DNA from: a virus
Lineage: Duplodnaviria; Caudoviricetes
DNA: 61,479 nucleotides
IMG/VR virus record: IMGVR_UViG_3300020175_000007
Coordinates: 1-61,479 of that record
Strand: one strand, 5' to 3'
Every line of letters starts with the position of its first letter. The first letter of the stretch is position 1. Of this stretch, positions 28,371 to 37,487 are shown piece by piece. Both the position numbers and the translations under genes were made by a program. The notes under the pieces were generated by a model that had not been told where the DNA came from, made no database searches, and saw only the letters and a list, made by a program, of their open reading frames with translations.

Positions 28371-31300
28371 AGTCTTTTCCTCTTTTCAATATCCAAAAGG
28401 TCGATTATAAATATATAAAAAAGTTGTGTTGTTACAGTAGTCTTAAATGACCTTTAACTCTCCAATTGTTTGTAGGAACGGATACTTGAATACTACAGTT
28501 ATTACCACTATCTACAGTACTAAATACTACACCACTAGTATCTCCAATTGATACTGTAGAAACATCTGTAAAAGTAGTTTCACCTGATACACCTGGATCT
28601 CTATTAGTTATTAAAGTAATAGTACCTGCTCTTAAATTACTTCCACCTGGATAAGCACCTGTATTATCTGTTACAGCATAATCTAAAAATGCAGCCATAT
28701 ATTTTGTTCTATCAAAAGTTGCTACTGTTTCATCTCCTGGATCAGCATCTGTATTTTCAACATAACTCATACTACCTGAGAAATTACCTGCTGAAGCTCC
28801 TGCTGTGAAATCAATTGCCCCATTTATAGATAAAGCATTTGTAGGATCTGTACCTTTAATGTTTAATCCTACTTCATCAAATGTATATCTATCATTTTGT
28901 GAAGTATCAACTCCTATTATTACTCTTTTTAAAGCATGACTACCTTCAATGTATACTTCTTGACTATTACCACCACCTAAAGCTGCCCATGTTACCATAT
29001 TACCATTTGGCAACTGCATATTTCCATTTACAGTAAAATCTTCTTCTAAAGTTGTTCCTGCGGTTTGTATTCCTACTTGTTCTGAATTATTAATTAGAAT
29101 TGCTAAATCATTATGTGTAGTTGATTGTCCTACACCAAATGTATCACCAGTACCAAAGTAAGATAATGTACCTCCTACTCCATTCGGATCTATCATTCTT
29201 AATTTTACATTGGAAGTATAACTTTCTATTTTAACTTGTACATTTTCACTACCACTTACGTGTAAATTAGCTTCTGGGTATCTTGTTCCAATTCCTACAC
29301 TACCATTTCCTTCTGAAAATGATCCAGCATGTAATAATACATTTGAACCTGACATTACTTCAAATGCTCTATTTAAAAATGTTAATTCAGCTGAACTTGA
29401 TACTACTGATGTACCAGTTGAAAATAATATATCCCCAGCTACATTTCTTGTTATAGTAGCTACACCACTTGTTCCTGATGAACCTGATGTACCTGAAGAT
29501 CCACTTGTTCCAGATGAACCTGAAGTACCATCTGAACCTGATGATCCTGAACTGCCTGATGAACCTGATGTTCCATCTGAACCACTAGATCCTGAACTAC
29601 CTGAAGTACCATCAGAACCTGAACTACCACTTGAACCTGAAGTTCCATCTGTTCCTGTTGTACCTGAAGTACCTGAAGATCCTGATGTGCCATCTGAACC
29701 TGAAGTACCTGATGAACCACTTGATCCTGAAGTACCTGATGAACCACTAGAACCACTTGTTCCATCTGATCCTGAAGAACCTGATGAACCACTTGATCCT
29801 GATGTACCATCTGTACCTGCAGTACCTGTTGTTCCTGAAGTTCCTGAAGATCCGCTTGTTCCATCTGAACCTGAAGAACCACTTGATCCACTTGATCCAC
29901 TAGTTCCACTTGAACCACTTGTTCCTGCATCACCTGTTACTACAAATGCTAACGTTACATCTTCTGCATTTGAGAATGGCGAAGCAGCTGAAGATGCTTG
30001 ATTAGCAATATCTATTGTCCACCAACCTGTATTATCTGTTAGGTCTGAAATTGAAAATAGTATAAATTGAGTTGCATCTGTTCTATTTGCTATTCTAACA
30101 TGACCTTTTACAGCTGAGGTCGAACTGTCTATTGTTTCTAGGAATGATTGTATACTAGTTCCATCATCATCTGTAATATCAACATACATTTCAGTTGATG
30201 TATTTTGAGGAGTAGCATTTAATCTAACTTTTCCAGTTCCTGGATCTGCTCCTACAGTTGAATCTTCAAAAGTATAATCGAAAGTAGCACCACCAAATGA
30301 ACCATCTGCTCCTGATGAACCCGAAGATCCACTTGAACCACTTGATCCTGAAGTTCCTGAACTACCTGAAGAACCACTTGTTCCATCTGATCCTGAAGAT
30401 CCTGATGAACCTGAAGATCCTGATGAACCACTTGTACCATCTGAACCTGAACTACCACTTGAACCTGATGTTCCATCTGATCCACTTGTTCCACTTGAAC
30501 CTGATGAACCACTTGATCCACTTGTTCCTGAAGAACCAGAACTTCCTGAAGTACCATCTGTACCACTTGACCCACTTGAACCAGATGAACCTGAAGTTCC
30601 ATCTGTTCCTGAAGTACCATCTGCTCCTGAAGAACCTGATGTACCATCTGATCCTGAAGATCCACTTGAACCTGAAGATCCTGAAGATCCGCTTGTTCCT
30701 GAACTTCCACTTGAACCAGATGAACCTGAAGTTCCATCTGTTCCTGAAGTACCATCTGTACCACTTGATCCTGAAGATCCTGATGAACCACTTGTACCAT
30801 CTGATCCTGAAGAACCTGATGAACCACTAGTTCCTGATGAACCTGAAGTACCTGATGTACCAGATGAACCTGAAGTACCACTTGTTCCATCTGTTCCTGT
30901 TGTTCCTGATGAACCTGAACTTCCGGATGTTCCATCTGTACCTGAAGTTCCTGAAGATCCACTTGTTCCATCTGAACCACTTGTTCCTGATGTACCTGAA
31001 GTACCTGATGAACCTGAAGTACCTGAAGATCCACTAGATCCTGAAGTACCATCTGATCCTGAGCTACCACTTGAACCTGAAGATCCGCTTGAACCTGAAG
31101 TTCCACTTGAACCACTTGAACCACTAGTTCCATCTGATCCACTTGAACCTGATGAACCACTAGATCCTGAAGATCCACTTGTTCCATCTGAACCACTAGA
31201 TCCTGAAGATCCACTTGAGCCACTTGTTCCATCTGTTCCTGTAGTTCCTGATGAACCACTGGTTCCATCTGAACCACTTGTTCCACTAGAACCTGATGTA

Positions 31301-31806
31301 CCTGAAGTACCTGATGTACCACTAGTTCCACTTGTTCCTGAAGAACCTGAAGTACCACTTGTTCCTGAAGTTCCTGATGTTCCTGATGAACCTGAAGATC
31401 CACTTGTACCATCATCTCCTCTATCACCTGTAGTAACAAAAGCAACTACAATATCTTCTGCATTTGAAAATGGTGAAGCCTCTGAAAATGATTGATCATT
31501 TATATCTATTGTCCACCAACCTGTATTATCTGTTAAATCAGATATACTAAATAATATAAATTGGGTTGCGTCTGCTCTATTTGAAATTCTTACGTGTCCT
31601 TTAACTGCTGATGTAGACGCGTCTATTGATTCTAAAAATCCTTGTATTGTTACTCCATTATCATCTAAAATGTCAATATACATTTCAGTTGATGTGTTTT
31701 GAGGAGTATCATTTAATCTAATTAATCCTGTTCCTGGATCTGCTCCTACAGTTGAATCTGAGAATGTGTAGTCAAATGCTGCACCTCCAAATGAACCATC
31801 TGCTCC
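22938..31806 (-). repeat. Five close copies of a ~128-aa globular domain (GADGSFGGATFDYTF...AFVVTGD) across both fibre genes
   Basis: Approximate copies at 22938-23321, 24939-25322, 27300-27686, 29928-30311 and 31423-31806. Confidence 0.9.
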
Positions 31807-34317
31807 CGAAGAACCTGATGTACCATCTGAACCACTAGTTCCACTTGATCCTGATGTACCACTTGTTCCTGATGTACCTGAACTACCGCTTGTACCAGAA
31901 GTTCCTGATGAACCTGAAGTACCTGATGTACCATCAGTTCCTGTTGTTCCTGAAGATCCTGATGAACCTGATGTACCATCTGTTCCTGAAGAACCTGAAC
32001 TACCTGAAGTACCATCGGTACCACTTGAACCTGATGATCCACTTGTACCATCTGATCCTGAAGAACCTGATGAACCACTTGTTCCATCTGATCCTGAACT
32101 TCCACTTGAACCTGAAGATCCTGATGAACCACTTGATCCTGATGAACCTGAAGTACCATCTGTTCCTGTTGTTCCTGAACTACCAGATGTTCCATCTGAA
32201 CCTGAAGTTCCTGAAGAACCTGATGTTCCACTTGAACCACTAGATCCACTTGTACCATCTGAACCACTAGATCCTGAAGATCCACTTGAACCTGAAGTAC
32301 CATCGGATCCTGTTGTTCCTGAACTTCCTGAAGTACCACTTGAACCACTTGTTCCTGAAGAACCTGATGTACCACTAGATCCACTAGTTCCATCTGCTCC
32401 TGAACTACCACTTGTACCATCATTTCCTGATGTTCCAGATGAACCTGAACTACCTGAGGTACCTGAGCTTCCTGATGAACCTGAAGTTCCATCTGTACCT
32501 GTTGTACCTGAAGATCCTGAGGTTCCATCTGTACCTGTTGTACCTGAAGATCCTGAAGTACCATCTGAACCTGATGTACCTGATGATCCAGAGGTTCCAC
32601 TTGAACCTGATGTACCATTAGTTCCATATGATAATTGAAGTACTATTCTTTCTTCATTTGCAAAAGCATTAGTAAATCCTACTGAAGTAACTGTAAATAT
32701 TGTTATTTCTCCACTATCACCTGTATCATTAGATATATTAGTTACTTGTGCATTAAATGAAGCTGAATTTGCTGTTTCTTGGTTTATTACTAAATTAGAG
32801 ATGTTAGCATTAGATAATCTTGTTGATTGATCTAAATTATTATAATCTAATTGTGATACAGCTATTGTTGTAACTGATCCATAAGTTCCACTATTAAACC
32901 TAATTTCTTTTTCTAATGTAGCATTTGTACTAGTATTAGTACTAAAACCATAAGTTATACCTTGATTTACTTGACCACTTGATCCTGAACTACCTGATGT
33001 TCCATCTGTTCCTGTTGTTCCTGATGAGCCACTTGAACCTGAAGTACCATCTGTACCTGATGTTCCAGAAGTTCCTGATGAACCCGAAGTACCTGATGTA
33101 CCTGATAGTCCTGAAGATCCACTTGTACCAGTAGTACCACTTGAACCTGAAGTTCCTGAACTTCCACTTGTACCTGAAGATCCTGAAGATCCTGATGTTC
33201 CTGAAGAACCATCTCCACCTGCTGAACCTGCTAAGTTAACAGTCCAAGAAGAATATGTTCCTGAACCTATTGTTTCAGTTGGAGCTCCAAATTGCATTAC
33301 ACCTGAATCGGTATCATATGAAGTTATTTGGGATGTTTGATAATTACTAACATTATGAACAATAAGAACACTTTGTCCTATAGTATATGCTAAATTAATT
33401 CCTACTGTTATTGTACCTGAATTTCCTAAAGTAAAGCTTGTGGTAGAAGTAGTAGCATATGTATCTGATCGTCCTGAAGATCCACTTGTACCTGAAGTAC
33501 CACCTGTACCTTGTGCACCTGATGATCCTGAAGTACCATCTGTACCTGAAGTTCCACTTGAACCTGAAGTTCCTGTTGTACCTGATGAACCACTTGAACC
33601 TGCTGTTCCTGAAGTACCACTAGTACCTGAAGAACCATCTCCACCTGCTGCTCCATCTAAATTAACAGACCATGAAGTATAAGTACCTGATCCTGTTGTT
33701 GATGTAGGAGCTGCAAAAGTTATACTTCCAGTTCCTGTATCATATCCTGTAACTAAACTTATTTGGAAATTGCTTACATCATAAACAATTTTAATTCTTT
33801 GACCTACTGTATATGCTAAACCAGTTCCTACTACTAATGATCCTGCATCTCCTAATACATGAGATGTTGTTGAAGTTGTTGCATATTTATCTCCATCTGC
33901 TCCTGTTGTACCACTTGTACCTGAAGTACCACTTGCACCTGAAGATCCACTTGTTCCATCTGTACCTGAAGTTCCTGAAGATCCACTAGTTCCATCTGTA
34001 CCTGAAGTACCACTTGATCCTGATGTTCCATCTTGACCACTACCTGGAAATGAACCTGTATAAAATAATTTACCTGTTGAAGTATCTGTTAAAACTACTT
34101 TAAAACCTGCATCTGAAGTTTCTGTTAAAGCAGGCATATCTACCTCACCATCAAAAGCAGTTGAACCAGTTACTATAAGAGAACCTGAAATTGTTATTTC
34201 ATATGCTTCTTGTCCTGTTAAAGCAGCTACTGATTGAGATACGTGCCATGATTCAATAGTATACCCCTGATCTATCTGATCACTTCCTGATGTAAATATT
34301 TGTTTTAAATTCTTCAC
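28432..34317 (-). CDS. Second giant Gly-X-Y (GSS/GTS) repeat fibre protein
   Basis: 1961 aa, GTG start. Same repeat tracts and globular domain as the neighbour. Beta-rich C-terminus with VGIGT..P...LHV; no S74 domain. Confidence 0.85.
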   Translation of the reverse strand: MKNLKQIFTSGSDQIDQGYTIESWHVSQSVAALTGQEAYEITISGSLIVTGSTAFDGEVDMPALTETSDAGFKVVLTDTSTGKLFYTGSFPGSGQDGTSGSSGTSGTDGTSGSSGTSGTDGTSGSSGASGTSGTSGTTGADGDKYATTSTTSHVLGDAGSLVVGTGLAYTVGQRIKIVYDVSNFQISLVTGYDTGTGSITFAAPTSTTGSGTYTSWSVNLDGAAGGDGSSGTSGTSGTAGSSGSSGTTGTSGSSGTSGTDGTSGSSGAQGTGGTSGTSGSSGRSDTYATTSTTSFTLGNSGTITVGINLAYTIGQSVLIVHNVSNYQTSQITSYDTDSGVMQFGAPTETIGSGTYSSWTVNLAGSAGGDGSSGTSGSSGSSGTSGSSGTSGSSGTTGTSGSSGLSGTSGTSGSSGTSGTSGTDGTSGSSGSSGTTGTDGTSGSSGSSGQVNQGITYGFSTNTSTNATLEKEIRFNSGTYGSVTTIAVSQLDYNNLDQSTRLSNANISNLVINQETANSASFNAQVTNISNDTGDSGEITIFTVTSVGFTNAFANEERIVLQLSYGTNGTSGSSGTSGSSGTSGSDGTSGSSGTTGTDGTSGSSGTTGTDGTSGSSGSSGTSGSSGSSGTSGNDGTSGSSGADGTSGSSGTSGSSGTSGSSGTSGSSGTTGSDGTSGSSGSSGSSGSDGTSGSSGSSGTSGSSGTSGSDGTSGSSGTTGTDGTSGSSGSSGSSGSSGSSGSSGSDGTSGSSGSSGSDGTSGSSGSSGTDGTSGSSGSSGTDGTSGSSGSSGTTGTDGTSGTSGSSGTSGTSGSSGTSGTSGTSGSSGTSGSDGTSGSSGADGSFGGAAFDYTFSDSTVGADPGTGLIRLNDTPQNTSTEMYIDILDDNGVTIQGFLESIDASTSAVKGHVRISNRADATQFILFSISDLTDNTGWWTIDINDQSFSEASPFSNAEDIVVAFVTTGDRGDDGTSGSSGSSGTSGTSGTSGTSGSSGTSGTSGTSGTSGTSGSSGTSGSDGTSGSSGTTGTDGTSGSSGSSGSSGSDGTSGSSGSSGSSGSSGSDGTSGSSGSSGTSGSSGSSGSSGSSGSDGTSGSSGSSGTSGSSGTSGTSGTSGSDGTSGSSGTSGTDGTSGSSGSSGTTGTDGTSGTSGSSGTSGTSGSSGTSGSSGSSGSDGTSGSSGSSGSSGTDGTSGTDGTSGSSGSSGSSGTSGSSGSSGSSGSSGSDGTSGSSGADGTSGTDGTSGSSGSSGSSGTDGTSGSSGSSGTSGSSGSSGSSGTSGSDGTSGSSGSSGSDGTSGSSGSSGSSGSSGSDGTSGSSGSSGTSGSSGSSGSSGSSGADGSFGGATFDYTFEDSTVGADPGTGKVRLNATPQNTSTEMYVDITDDDGTSIQSFLETIDSSTSAVKGHVRIANRTDATQFILFSISDLTDNTGWWTIDIANQASSAASPFSNAEDVTLAFVVTGDAGTSGSSGTSGSSGSSGSSGSDGTSGSSGTSGTTGTAGTDGTSGSSGSSGSSGSDGTSGSSGSSGTSGSSGSSGTSGSDGTSGSSGTSGTTGTDGTSGSSGSSGSDGTSGSSGSSGSDGTSGSSGSSGSSGSDGTSGSSGTSGSSGTSGSSGTSGVATITRNVAGDILFSTGTSVVSSSAELTFLNRAFEVMSGSNVLLHAGSFSEGNGSVGIGTRYPEANLHVSGSENVQVKIESYTSNVKLRMIDPNGVGGTLSYFGTGDTFGVGQSTTHNDLAILINNSEQVGIQTAGTTLEEDFTVNGNMQLPNGNMVTWAALGGGNSQEVYIEGSHALKRVIIGVDTSQNDRYTFDEVGLNIKGTDPTNALSINGAIDFTAGASAGNFSGSMSYVENTDADPGDETVATFDRTKYMAAFLDYAVTDNTGAYPGGSNLRAGTITLITNRDPGVSGETTFTDVSTVSIGDTSGVVFSTVDSGNNCSIQVSVPTNNWRVKGHLRLL

Positions 34318-34330
34318 AGATTTTTCTTTA

Positions 34331-34738
34331 TTATACGAATGCTATTTCTTTAAATTCAGTTCCATTATGAAAATATAACTTACAAGCTGTGGCACTACCA
34401 CTAGCCATTAATTGTCCCACCACTCCTGATGGGGTTGTTTCGTTTCGTGTTAATGTAACGTTACCTACATTTAATCCTGCAGATCCTGTTACATAAGTAT
34501 ATCCTGTTGATGGTTGATTTACTAATACATTAGTAAAATTTCCATCAGGTAAATTAATAAATTTAAAACCAGTAGAACCTACACCAGTAATTGATACTGC
34601 ACCTGTTACTGATAAAGAACCTGAAATATCAACTTGATATGCTTCAGTTGCTGTAAAAGCATCTATAGATTGAGTCACATTAGCCGCGTAAATAGGTTCA
34701 TTAAATGCAATTCCTGTATTTGATAATGTTTTGGGCAT
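34331..34738 (-). CDS. Small virion protein paralogous to the N-terminus of the 1961-aa fibre
   Basis: VTQSIDAFT..EAYQVDISGSLSVTG aligns with VSQSVAALTGQEAYEITISGSLIVTG. Confidence 0.7.
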   Translation of the reverse strand: MPKTLSNTGIAFNEPIYAANVTQSIDAFTATEAYQVDISGSLSVTGAVSITGVGSTGFKFINLPDGNFTNVLVNQPSTGYTYVTGSAGLNVGNVTLTRNETTPSGVVGQLMASGSATACKLYFHNGTEFKEIAFV

Positions 34739-34762
34739 AGTGATTATTTGTTATAAATATTG

Positions 34763-35683
34763 CTACCTATCTATATTTACTAAAATTGTTGTATCTGTTG
34801 TTCTAGAAGAAGGTAAAGGTTGAGCTAATTTACCTACTGCTAATAATTCATATTGTTCGTTATACATTCCTACTGTTGTTATATATGGTTCAAAAAATGA
34901 TGATGTTGCATAATCATATAAGGTATTACCGGTACTACCTGAAATTACACTATTATTTAAAGAATAATTAAATTCTTCTTCTGTTATAGTACATTTATAT
35001 TGTGTTTCTAATATTTCAAATGAACTTGAAAATGAACAAGTAACATTAGAACTTGAATACATTGTTTCTAAACTTTGGGATTCAAATTCTTGTTGTGTTA
35101 ATATCGCTATACCATGTTGGTATATAATATTACCAACATTAACACTTGCTGATAATAGATTACCATTACCATCATCTGTAATTTCGGCATTTACTGCTCC
35201 ACCAATATTATTAAATTCTAATATAAAAGATTCTGGTTGTATAAAATCACCATATAATTTAGATGGAATTGACCATGTTAAAATATGTTCATCTGATGAT
35301 GTTGGAAAAGATCTAGATTGTGTTAAAGTAGTATTTAAATAATTATAATATCTACCTCTTGAACTATTTGGTCCTACTAATACATCTCCTGAAGGATTCG
35401 AACCTAATATTACACTAGCTGTAGTAATACTATCACCATAACTTGAAGATATATAATTTGAATAATATAATTCTTTTGCTGAATTGTAAACTGATGATTG
35501 TGATAAAGGAGTAATATAACCTGTTCCTCCTGATCCTGTTATATTTACATTAGTTCCATAAAACCTATCAATTCCAACATTAGAGGCTGTTAGCTCAGAA
35601 TCTCCTTGAAAAGAAAAATTTTTATTTACCTCCAGTGGAGATATTAATATATCTTGTGCATTGAATTGTTTGAAAGCCGCCAT
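34763..35683 (-). CDS. Putative baseplate/tail structural protein
   Basis: C-terminal PYITTVGMYN..ELLAVGKLAQP, shared with the neighbour; lies in the tail module. Confidence 0.65.
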   Translation of the reverse strand: MAAFKQFNAQDILISPLEVNKNFSFQGDSELTASNVGIDRFYGTNVNITGSGGTGYITPLSQSSVYNSAKELYYSNYISSSYGDSITTASVILGSNPSGDVLVGPNSSRGRYYNYLNTTLTQSRSFPTSSDEHILTWSIPSKLYGDFIQPESFILEFNNIGGAVNAEITDDGNGNLLSASVNVGNIIYQHGIAILTQQEFESQSLETMYSSSNVTCSFSSSFEILETQYKCTITEEEFNYSLNNSVISGSTGNTLYDYATSSFFEPYITTVGMYNEQYELLAVGKLAQPLPSSRTTDTTILVNIDR

Positions 35684-35689
35684 TCATTT

Positions 35690-36739
35690 TTAAAAATCTA
35701 ATTTAACTCTTACTAAAGCTTCTTTTGTAAAATCTTTTAATATTGGTCTTGATAATTTAGCAACTGCTAATAAATCATTTCCATCGTTGTATAAACCAAT
35801 TGTTGTAGGATATACTTGTGGGTTATTAATAAAATAATTAAAAATTACTTCACCAGTTGAACCTGATATAAATGAAGGATTTTCTGAGTAATTAAATTCT
35901 GAATTTCTTGCTCTAATAAATACAAAATCTGATGTTATTGTTTCTTGACAATTCATTTGGAATCGAGCACTACCTGAAATAGCTTCGGATAATTTAGCTG
36001 GGTTATCTTGATCTGAATTATCTGCTAATCCTGTAGTTAAACTAATACCCATATTATCTGCTAAATCTAAAGCTGATCCATTTAATAATAAAGTAGCTGT
36101 ATCTGGGAAAAATAAACCATATGATCCTGATTCTCTAGTATAACCACTATTATTACTATTTGTACCTGATGTTTTATTATAAGCTATACCTCCAGAACCA
36201 CTAATAATTTGATAATAAGGTTGTACACCAAAATATGATGGTGTTGTTACCATACCAGAATTATCAGTTAATTGTAAATTTGTTAATGTACCCGCTGCTG
36301 TTGAACTACCACTTAAAAATAAATTTAAACTTCCTGGTAATAAACTTTCTTTATATCTTGATCTTTCAATACTTACAGCATAAAAATAAGTACTTTCAAC
36401 TCCTCCAAAGTTAAATTCAGCATTTTCATCTTCTAACATTAATGATCTATATTGACCATATATTGTTCTACTTGGAGAATAACCTGCAACATCTGAATTA
36501 TATAATACTGTTCCTCTTCCTGTTGAATCACCAAATGCTACATTAAATTGTGTAACAGCACCATCTAAATTTGAAGCTGTATTATACACATTTAAATAAT
36601 ATTTACCTGAAACGGAAGCCGCTTGAGTAGAAGATGTAAAAAATTGTTCTAAAGTATAGGCGTTATTGGACCAAACAGTTTGTGATACTGCTTGAGCACT
36701 TGTTAAAAAATCTTCTGGGTCTAGTCTTTTAAAGCTCAT
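35690..36739 (-). CDS. Putative baseplate/tail structural protein (paralog of 34763..35683)
   Basis: EFNYS.N.S.ISGSTG and VYPTTIGLYN..DLLAVAKLSRP motifs. Confidence 0.65.
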   Translation of the reverse strand: MSFKRLDPEDFLTSAQAVSQTVWSNNAYTLEQFFTSSTQAASVSGKYYLNVYNTASNLDGAVTQFNVAFGDSTGRGTVLYNSDVAGYSPSRTIYGQYRSLMLEDENAEFNFGGVESTYFYAVSIERSRYKESLLPGSLNLFLSGSSTAAGTLTNLQLTDNSGMVTTPSYFGVQPYYQIISGSGGIAYNKTSGTNSNNSGYTRESGSYGLFFPDTATLLLNGSALDLADNMGISLTTGLADNSDQDNPAKLSEAISGSARFQMNCQETITSDFVFIRARNSEFNYSENPSFISGSTGEVIFNYFINNPQVYPTTIGLYNDGNDLLAVAKLSRPILKDFTKEALVRVKLDF

Positions 36740-36750
36740 TTATTTTGTTT

Positions 36751-37419
36751 TTATGTAGTTGCTACTTTAGTTATTGTTACAGGTACTGTTGCTCTAGCAC
36801 CACTATCTAATCCTATTACTGTTAAAGTAGTTAATAATGTTGAATTACTACCAAATAATGTATTAATTGTAGTAGCTCTTAAATTAATTTGTGTACCAAT
36901 TACTGTTGATGAAACGTTGGTTCCTAATGTTGTTGTTGAAGTTGAATTTTGAGCTGTTGCTGCAGCTGAACTAATTCCTACTCCTTCATAAGTTGCCATT
37001 GTTCTTACATCTGCAATAGTTGCTACATATCCACTTGTTTCAAATATTTGGTCATTACCTAAATAATTTAATGTTTGAGGAGTAACTGCTAATTGAGCAC
37101 CTTGTTGTAAAGTAATTGCTGAAAAACCTAAATCTAGTATAGGCATTTTAGCTGTTCCTCTTGGTAAAGTTACCAATTTATATTTCATTATTTGTTGTTC
37201 TAAAGGAAATGCTTCTAATAAAGGCATTCCATCTATGGCTTGACCATAGTAAGCAGAACCTGAAGGATGATTTACATTATATAATGTGTAATCAATTTCA
37301 TCATCTCCTAAAGCAAATTGTGTGATTCTGAATGAACCATCGTTTTTAGCTAATGTTTCTCTACCTTTTTTAGTAAGAATAGCATCAACTGTAATTATGT
37401 TATTATTTAAGTATCCCAT
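36751..37419 (-). CDS. Putative baseplate/tail-collar structural protein
   Basis: AILTKKGRETLA..FRITQFALGDDEIDY resembles tail-fibre/collar N-terminal domains. Confidence 0.6.
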   Translation of the reverse strand: MGYLNNNIITVDAILTKKGRETLAKNDGSFRITQFALGDDEIDYTLYNVNHPSGSAYYGQAIDGMPLLEAFPLEQQIMKYKLVTLPRGTAKMPILDLGFSAITLQQGAQLAVTPQTLNYLGNDQIFETSGYVATIADVRTMATYEGVGISSAAATAQNSTSTTTLGTNVSSTVIGTQINLRATTINTLFGSNSTLLTTLTVIGLDSGARATVPVTITKVATT

Positions 37420-37487
37420 GTTGTGTTTTTATATAAATATTGTTATATATGTTATAAATATGATAAAAGTAAATATTCTTATCATTA

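Noticed and set aside
22277-34040. Many long alternative-frame and antisense ORFs (Q/V/H/L-rich, L/N/M-rich, P/E-rich) over the fibre genes
   Set aside because: These are shadows of the GGW-TCW/AGT/ACW codon repeats, which lack stops in other frames; they show no independent signals.
21648-34317. Repeat tracts as a possible CRISPR array or satellite
   Set aside because: The periodicity is 9 nt and degenerate at third codon positions inside open frames; there is no repeat-spacer structure.
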